Part shown: positions 55,848-60,480 of the stretch, piece after piece | Position numbering within the stretch: the stretch's first letter is position 1 | How the letters are laid out: each line of letters starts with the position of its first letter | IMG/VR virus record: IMGVR_UViG_3300025392_000294 | Coordinates: 1-60,480 of that record | Length of the DNA stretch: 60,480 nucleotides | From: a virus | Lineage: Duplodnaviria; Caudoviricetes | Direction: 5' to 3' (one strand) | The notes under the pieces: model-generated | Database searches by the model: none | Told to the model about the DNA's origin: nothing | The model's input: only the letters and a program-made list of their open reading frames with translations | Made by a program: the position numbers and the translations under genes

Positions 55848-55966
55848 TCTTCATTCTCCTGTTCTTCAACGTCAAATCTAAGCCACCGGCATCCCTCGAA
55901 AATCTCGACAACCTCGAAGTCAATGCCGGCTTTTTCTAAGGCCTCGTATAGTTCTTGTGCGGTCAT
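55844..55966 (-). CDS. Small early protein
   Basis: Hand-translated MTAQELYEALEKAGIDFEVVEIFEG...; ATGA overlaps. Confidence 0.5.
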   Translation of the reverse strand: MTAQELYEALEKAGIDFEVVEIFEGCRWLRFDVEEQENEE

Positions 55967-56247
55967 TCTTCATTCTCCTCTTCGCCATAAAGCATATCCA
56001 AAACTTCAATACCTTCGTCATCATGCGGTACTTCAGTTACAAAGTAGCCGATTCTGTTTACATAATGCCACCCATCGACTATAAAAGTGCCAATATTTCC
56101 ATCTACTAATGTCCAAATTTTCTTTGGGTCAGTTTTCTTGATGAATTCGTACTCTTGTCCATATGTTTCAAAAAGTTGAGTTTCTTCATTTTGACCAAAA
56201 GTGTTTACGATTGGTTTGTATTTTTCTTCCCATTCTTCGTAAGTCAT
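55963..56247 (-). CDS. Small early protein
   Basis: FETYG.E..F.......IWTLVDG...G.HYVNRIGYFVTE.P. Confidence 0.65.
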   Translation of the reverse strand: MTYEEWEEKYKPIVNTFGQNEETQLFETYGQEYEFIKKTDPKKIWTLVDGNIGTFIVDGWHYVNRIGYFVTEVPHDDEGIEVLDMLYGEEENEE

Positions 56248-56483
56248 TTTTCGCTCTCCTTGGGCAGAAAATCATAAATTTTTGCAAAATATTCAATGTC
56301 TTCAATGGGCGCGTAGTATAAAAACTTGCTCACCATCTCTTGGACGTCTATCTCATTGAGCAAAAACTCCACAAAATCGTCGAGTCGCTCGCAAGAAGTC
56401 AAAGGCGCGTCTTGGGGGACGGAAAACACTTGCCTGAGTTTTTTGTTGCTTGTTTCACCCCAGTCCCAGTCAGTCTCCATCAT
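56244..56483 (-). CDS. Small early protein
   Basis: Acidic; coupled starts and stops. Confidence 0.55.
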   Translation of the reverse strand: MMETDWDWGETSNKKLRQVFSVPQDAPLTSCERLDDFVEFLLNEIDVQEMVSKFLYYAPIEDIEYFAKIYDFLPKESEK

Positions 56484-56674
56484 TTTGGATTCTCCCTTGC
56501 GTACTCAATACCGGCCTCGAATGCAATATAGGTATCCATCAGATGTGTGTATCCTTCCAAAGAGCTAACCGAATCGTTGTCTTTTAGGAACCGCAAAATG
56601 GTTTCATCGTCGCACTCGGAAATGCGACTAGAGTACAAGTCATAAAATGCTTGTTCAGTTGGTGATAGTGTCAT
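56480..56674 (-). CDS. Small early protein
   Basis: GAGG RBS; coupled to neighbour. Confidence 0.55.
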   Translation of the reverse strand: MTLSPTEQAFYDLYSSRISECDDETILRFLKDNDSVSSLEGYTHLMDTYIAFEAGIEYARENPK

Positions 56675-56843
56675 GATTTTGGCCTCGTGTTGTTTGGTAA
56701 TCTTGCTCGATGATTTCGAGTTTTCTCTTAAACTCTGCTAAAAATTCAATTTTGTTCTTGTATCCCAGTGACTGGTACGATTGCCCATAGGACAGATCGC
56801 ACACGTCAAAGTAGAGCTCCTGAATGAGTGTGAGTGTGTTCAT
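56655..56843 (-). CDS. Small early protein
   Basis: ATGA overlap. Confidence 0.5.
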   Translation of the reverse strand: MNTLTLIQELYFDVCDLSYGQSYQSLGYKNKIEFLAEFKRKLEIIEQDYQTTRGQNHDTITN

Positions 56844-57058
56844 TTTCTCGCCCCCACCACGTCATCGATTGCAGAATTTATAGAATTCCAGTTAATGCCA
56901 ATTTCAGCATCGTGTGATTTAACGATGATCTCCAACACTTTGCGGGTTTCTTCTAGGGTGAGCTCCTCGCCAATCTGTTCGCACTGGTCTGTTATATCGT
57001 CCTCGCACCATTCATCACGGATAACCCATTGTTTCTCAGTCTTAATTAATCGTGCCAT
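56840..57058 (-). CDS. Small early protein
   Basis: AGGAGG RBS right after hammerhead 1; W..DDI...HDAEIGINW. Confidence 0.65.
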   Translation of the reverse strand: MARLIKTEKQWVIRDEWCEDDITDQCEQIGEELTLEETRKVLEIIVKSHDAEIGINWNSINSAIDDVVGARK

Positions 57059-57076
57059 TTTTGGCCTCCTGTAGTT

Positions 57077-57128
57077 GCACAAGACCCGCTCGCGCGGGTT
57101 TCGCCCAGTCAGGGCTCATCAGTTGCGC
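57077..57128 (-). ncRNA. Type I hammerhead ribozyme 1
   Basis: GCGCAA CUGAUGA GCCC-UGACU-GGGC GAAA CCCGC-GCGA-GCGGG UC/ UUGUGC; predicted cut 57083|57082. Confidence 0.92.
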
Positions 57129-57362
57129 TTAGACTATTTCCCATTTCAGATCAAAAACTGTCGGGTAGAGCTCTTGCGTGGTTTCGGGTTCGCCCACGGG
57201 CTTAACCCATACGCGACCGGTTGAGCCGTCATTGTGCGGGGGTCTCCCCCCAGTGAGCTCGAACTCTTCGCCGTTGCGGGTTTTGATGATCGCGCCCTTG
57301 GGGACTGCCACGCCATCCTTGTCCACCAGTAACCAGTTGTATTTTGTTGCTATAGTTGTCAT
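57129..57362 (-). CDS. Small early protein
   Basis: GGRPPH..GSTGRVWV...ELYPTVFDLKW; stop abuts the ribozyme. Confidence 0.65.
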   Translation of the reverse strand: MTTIATKYNWLLVDKDGVAVPKGAIIKTRNGEEFELTGGRPPHNDGSTGRVWVKPVGEPETTQELYPTVFDLKWEIV

Positions 57363-57541
57363 TCGTGTATCTCCAAAAATTGATCGTAATATTCGCGCTC
57401 GAGCGTGTTCAAGAGGTTAACCGGCTTGATGTAAGCTGGGTTTCCGGTCATGCCCATGTAGGTCATGGCCTCTTCTTGTGCCCTGTGCATTGTCTTAAAC
57501 TCGCCCAACAAGCGAGAATTGTGGTTAAAAACTAGATACAT
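57359..57541 (-). CDS. Small early protein
   Basis: GGAGG RBS; LGEFKT...A..EA..Y...TGNPAYI. Confidence 0.6.
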   Translation of the reverse strand: MYLVFNHNSRLLGEFKTMHRAQEEAMTYMGMTGNPAYIKPVNLLNTLEREYYDQFLEIHE

Positions 57542-57699
57542 GAGCGCGCCTCCAATCGACCGCGGTTAAAAAGAAACACGGCCTTGTTTTTGTGTTCCTG
57601 ATACTCGCGCGCAAGCATTCGTTGAAAGCGCGCCAGTTTAATGCGGTTTGTCTCAAAAAGATAACCGGCTTGTATGTAGTCAAACTCTGTATATTTCAT
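57532..57699 (-). CDS. Small early protein
   Basis: Hand-translated MKYTEFDYIQAGYLFE...; RBS after hammerhead 2. Confidence 0.6.
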   Translation of the reverse strand: MKYTEFDYIQAGYLFETNRIKLARFQRMLAREYQEHKNKAVFLFNRGRLEARSCI

Positions 57700-57715
57700 A
57701 ATTTCCCTTGTAGTT

Positions 57716-57767
57716 GCATGAGACCCCCTCTCGAGGGTTTCGGCCTCTCAGGCCTCATCAGTCATGC
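57716..57767 (-). ncRNA. Type I hammerhead ribozyme 2
   Basis: GCAUGA CUGAUGA GGCC-UGAGA-GGCC GAAA CCCUC-GAGA-GGGGG UC/ UCAUGC; predicted cut 57722|57721. Confidence 0.93.
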
Positions 57768-57915
57768 TTTTTTGAATGATCGCGTAAATTCGGGAAATCT
57801 CGGGCTCAGTCAAGTCAAGCTCGCGTGCAATTATTTGCTCGCTGGCAACGTGCTCAAGCGCGACACTTGCTATTTTCATGATGGCGATTAGTTCTTTTTT
57901 GGTTAAATTCTTCAT
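57748..57915 (-). CDS. Small early protein ending inside hammerhead 2
   Basis: Hand-translated MKNLTKKELIAIMK...KSMTDEA*. Confidence 0.55.
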   Translation of the reverse strand: MKNLTKKELIAIMKIASVALEHVASEQIIARELDLTEPEISRIYAIIQKSMTDEA

Positions 57916-57925
57916 GATTTCCCTT

Positions 57926-58573
57926 TTAGTGCATTAAGTAAGATACAGTTTTATTCGTCCAGCAAGCGCGACAGTCGCGACACTCGCCGGCTTGGCTGGG
58001 GGCTTTACAGGCGAGCCCTAGAGGCTTTTTAGTGTGGACGTTGGACGTTGTCACGCCTCGCACGCCTTCGAGGCTCTTGGGTACCTTCACGGCCTTGTCG
58101 GGATACATACCGGAGAGCCGGACAATCAAGTTTTTGGGGATTACTCCACCGGCTGAGATAAAGTCTTTGATGATCGAGTACTCGCGCGTTGGAAGCCAGT
58201 GTTTTGTTTTCGGCGTCAATTGTGCGATTTCTACGATCTTTTTAAAGTGTTCAAGCCCCTGAAGGTCGCCGGAATCGTGCCATCTAAAGTACTGATCCGA
58301 ACCGATTAGAGTCACCATCGCGTCCACCCAGTGAGGATCATTGATTGAGTCTAATCTAGCAAATTGGGCGGGTTTAATGGTGTTCTGATAAAGTTGGTAG
58401 AAGCCGGAATTAGCGTAGCAGTAAAAACAGATCGATCCCTCAATTTGAGCCATTTTGAAACCGGTCGCGCACGCCTCGGTCGGTAGACTGTAAGACTTGC
58501 ATGGCATCTTCGAGGTTTCGGTGAGCCCACCAGTGAGCGCGCTCGCCTCTTTTTTCAACATAATTACTCGCAT
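57926..58573 (-). CDS. Gp88-like Cys-rich protein (radical-SAM-related)
   Basis: SKMPC.SYSLP...C...CFYCYA, YFRWHDSGD, HWLPTRE, CRDCRACW. Confidence 0.7.
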   Translation of the reverse strand: MRVIMLKKEASALTGGLTETSKMPCKSYSLPTEACATGFKMAQIEGSICFYCYANSGFYQLYQNTIKPAQFARLDSINDPHWVDAMVTLIGSDQYFRWHDSGDLQGLEHFKKIVEIAQLTPKTKHWLPTREYSIIKDFISAGGVIPKNLIVRLSGMYPDKAVKVPKSLEGVRGVTTSNVHTKKPLGLACKAPSQAGECRDCRACWTNKTVSYLMH

Positions 58574-58576
58574 GGC

Positions 58577-58753
58577 TTAACCCTCAATTAGTTGGTACAT
58601 ATTCCACCCGCACGTTACAACGTGCGACCCGCCCTTGATTAATTCGTCGATCATGGAGCGGTCGAAATCGTGCCAGCCGTCCCAATCGATAGGGTGGCGA
58701 CATATCTCGCGCCAGCCGTGGCGCTCATGTTTTGCGTGGTAAGCGATAACCAT
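58577..58753 (-). CDS. Small early protein
   Basis: Hand-translated MVIAYHAKHERHGWREIC...; AAGGA RBS after hammerhead 3. Confidence 0.6.
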   Translation of the reverse strand: MVIAYHAKHERHGWREICRHPIDWDGWHDFDRSMIDELIKGGSHVVTCGWNMYQLIEG

Positions 58754-58774
58754 GGTTTTGTTTCCTTAGTAGTT

Positions 58775-58827
58775 GCATAAGACTGGCACAAGTGCCAGTT
58801 TCGCCCATTAGGGCTCGTCAGTTATGC
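58775..58827 (-). ncRNA. Type I hammerhead ribozyme 3
   Basis: GCAUAA CUGACGA GCCC-UAAU-GGGC GAAA CUGGCA-CUUG-UGCCAG UC/ UUAUGC; predicted cut 58781|58780. Confidence 0.93.
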
Positions 58828-59055
58828 TACTTGGGGCTCGTATTCCTCCACCAGTTCGACCAATGCTTTCATGGCTTCTACGATGGTATTGAAGTGGCAC
58901 TCTTCGTTGTTGAGGTCTTTGAGGTAATATCCGGTGATTGGGCCTGTTGAAATCCAAATGGAATAAATCAGCGATCCATATTCGTCCATGTCATCAACAA
59001 TTTGATAGGAGTTGTTGAGTTCGCATGATTCGAAGTTTACGATTACATTGTTCAT
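58822..59055 (-). CDS. Small early protein
   Basis: Start MNNVIV after the AAGGA RBS; UAA stop lies in stem I of hammerhead 3. Confidence 0.6.
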   Translation of the reverse strand: MNNVIVNFESCELNNSYQIVDDMDEYGSLIYSIWISTGPITGYYLKDLNNEECHFNTIVEAMKALVELVEEYEPQVA

Positions 59056-59075
59056 TTTTGTTTCCTTGGTTAGTT

Positions 59076-59127
59076 GCATAAGACGCCCTTTCGGGCGTTT
59101 CGTCCAATCAGGACTCATCAGTTATGC
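59076..59127 (-). ncRNA. Type I hammerhead ribozyme 4
   Basis: GCAUAA CUGAUGA GUCC-UGAUU-GGAC GAAA CGCCC-GAAA-GGGCG UC/ UUAUGC; predicted cut 59082|59081. Confidence 0.95.
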
Positions 59128-59332
59128 TTGGCAGTACTGGCAAGGGCAAACCCTCACATCTGAATTCTGCATGGGTGAAACCGCGGTTCTTGGCGTAAGT
59201 CAACGCATTGGCGCGCGCCTCGACCAAATCATTGGACATAAAGCCGGTAATGAGTCGACCGCGGTAGAAAAGATCAACACAGTATCCGCGCCCACCATAG
59301 GGCTGATATATTTTTAATTGAACGGTTTTCAT
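59108..59332 (-). CDS. Small early protein ending inside hammerhead 4
   Basis: ...PSITDES*; RBS after hammerhead 5. Confidence 0.6.
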   Translation of the reverse strand: MKTVQLKIYQPYGGRGYCVDLFYRGRLITGFMSNDLVEARANALTYAKNRGFTHAEFRCEGLPLPVLPSITDES

Positions 59333-59349
59333 TGGTTTCCTTAGTAGTT

Positions 59350-59401
59350 GTGTGAGACCGGCTCTCGCCGGTTTCGGTCAATCAGACCTCATCAGTCACA
59401 C
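59350..59401 (-). ncRNA. Type I hammerhead ribozyme 5
   Basis: GUGUGA CUGAUGA GGUC-UGAUU-GACC GAAA CCGGC-GAGA-GCCGG UC/ UCACAC; predicted cut 59356|59355. Confidence 0.95.
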
Positions 59402-59693
59402 TGGTGGGCATAAAGCGCTTGAATAGGTCTTGGAAGGCCTGAATCAACAACCAGCGGTTGTGAGAGTCGGCGCATTGGTAGGCGTCGCCAATAGCACCGG
59501 CAAACGATCCACCGGATTCGCGCATGACCCTCGAGGCGGTGTGAAATGGGTCGTTAATGTCGAACCAGTGTTGCAGTGAGTCGAAACAGCGATCGTTGAC
59601 GCTGACGCCGGTCAAGTCGCAAAGGAACATGGTTTGCTCACTGGTAGAGTGATATTCAATTAAGTTATCGATTGTTTTGAATTGTGAATACAT
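59382..59693 (-). CDS. First early-operon protein, ending inside hammerhead 5
   Basis: GGSFA.AIG.AY..AD..N...L..AF; ...TSVTDEV*. Confidence 0.65.
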   Translation of the reverse strand: MYSQFKTIDNLIEYHSTSEQTMFLCDLTGVSVNDRCFDSLQHWFDINDPFHTASRVMRESGGSFAGAIGDAYQCADSHNRWLLIQAFQDLFKRFMPTSVTDEV

Positions 59694-59783
59694 AGTGTTG
59701 TTTCCTTAGTTGTTGTTGAAAATATGAGGCTCTGTTTTTGATACCCCATACCTTATATGTGGAAAAAATCGTGCCAGCGCTTG

Positions 59784-59796
59784 TAAGTTGTTGATT
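59784..59796 (-). promoter_or_regulatory. IHF consensus site
   Basis: AATCAACAACTTA fits WATCAANNNNTTR; lies between the divergent early operon and terS. Confidence 0.55.
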
Positions 59797-59888
59797 TATA
59801 AGGGAGTCTATTTGATTTTGGGGGTGATTGTGGGTTCAGACGTTTCGGTTTATACTCATGCAATCCAACAAGTTGGGGGTCACACACC

Positions 59889-60480
59889 ATGCCGGAAACA
59901 AGTAAGCGCGCGCCAGTCAAAAGATTATCGAGGGCGCAAATCAAAGATACACTAGACAACACACCCATCGAGAGCATATTAGGTGTAAAACAACCGCTCA
60001 CCAGTAAACAGAGAGAGTACGCGCATAAGGTAGCACAAGGTGTCATGAGTAAGAGAGAGGCATACAAGACAACGTATAACGCCCAAAGCGAGCATACACT
60101 GAACAATGCGCCTTATATGCTGGCGAGGGACTCAAGAGTGTCAAAAGAAATAGAGGCGTACAGGCTGGCAATAGAGGCGGAGAAACTGCGAACCCCCGTT
60201 CAACTGAAGGCTTTGCTAATCCACCAGCTAGTCAAGCATTCCATCGATGAGGACTTCCCACCAGCCCAGCGAATGAAGGCGCTCGAGTTGATTGGCAAAC
60301 TCTACGAAGTGGGCGCCTTCGAAGAGCGCAAGACCACCACAGTGATTCATCAAAAGAGCGGAGACATCAAAGCCCAGCTACTCGAGCGCATCAAGGCGGT
60401 CGTTGATGTGAGCGCAAAGCCGGCGCGTACCGGAGGCGCGAGTCTACTGGCGGAGATTTCAGAGGCGCTCGACCCCACCC
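59889..60480 (+). CDS. terS: Probable terminase small subunit (runs off the window end; not in the ORF track)
   Basis: Hand-translated MPETSKR...LTSKQREYAHKVAQG.MSKREAYK..Y...RMKALELIGK; would precede terL if circular. Confidence 0.65.
   Translation, partial: MPETSKRAPVKRLSRAQIKDTLDNTPIESILGVKQPLTSKQREYAHKVAQGVMSKREAYKTTYNAQSEHTLNNAPYMLARDSRVSKEIEAYRLAIEAEKLRTPVQLKALLIHQLVKHSIDEDFPPAQRMKALELIGKLYEVGAFEERKTTTVIHQKSGDIKAQLLERIKAVVDVSAKPARTGGASLLAEISEALDPT

Larger units (their letters stand above)
34..59875. repeat. Dispersed quasi-palindrome CAAC(AA/TT)GTTG, 26 copies found by eye
   Basis: Starts at 34,114,4058,5132,13667,14304,15023,15040,17034,25588,28601,32881,35631,36084,37401,38613,42132,46958,46973,46997,48991,49756,54440,54735,55128,59866. 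Confidence 0.9.

Noticed and set aside
57071-59401. CRISPR array or attC-type repeats
   Set aside because: Units are separated by whole genes (hundreds of nt), vary by compensatory change and match the hammerhead core; no cas or integrase genes seen
59753-60106. 117-aa minus-strand ORF
   Set aside because: Antisense to the TerS-like frame and overlaps regulatory sites

Overview
This window looks like a near-complete (~60.5 kb) tailed dsDNA phage genome with podovirus-like organisation, linearised inside the packaging region: a TerS-like ORF runs off the right end and TerL starts at 459. Bases 1-44.9 kb (+) are the virion module: TerL, portal, GroES-like protein, scaffold, capsid, small basic proteins, adaptor/tail/fibre genes, 2OG-Fe(II) oxygenase, lysis cassette, internal virion proteins and a 2559-aa polyvalent protein. 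44.9-48.5 kb (-) is recombination (PD-(D/E)XK nuclease, Erf, SSB-like). 48.5-55.1 kb (+) holds ncRNA-rich intergenic DNA, an RNAP alpha-CTD mimic, a ParB-like protein, helicase and primase. 55.2-59.7 kb (-) is a small-gene, probably early, operon. I saw no integrase, DNA polymerase or RNA polymerase. Main finding: five type I hammerhead ribozymes with covarying stems punctuate the early operon, each cutting just upstream of a shared (G)CAACUA..AGG RBS leader. A separately promoted and terminated ~60-nt RNA at ~48.83-48.90 kb has a 5' end complementary to that shared leader, suggesting a ribozyme-processing plus antisense shut-off circuit. Also notable: 26 copies of the quasi-palindrome CAACAAGTTG across the genome, and an internal virion protein with no Asp but 12 Cys. 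Protein family calls come from motif recognition only; no searches or folding programs were run.
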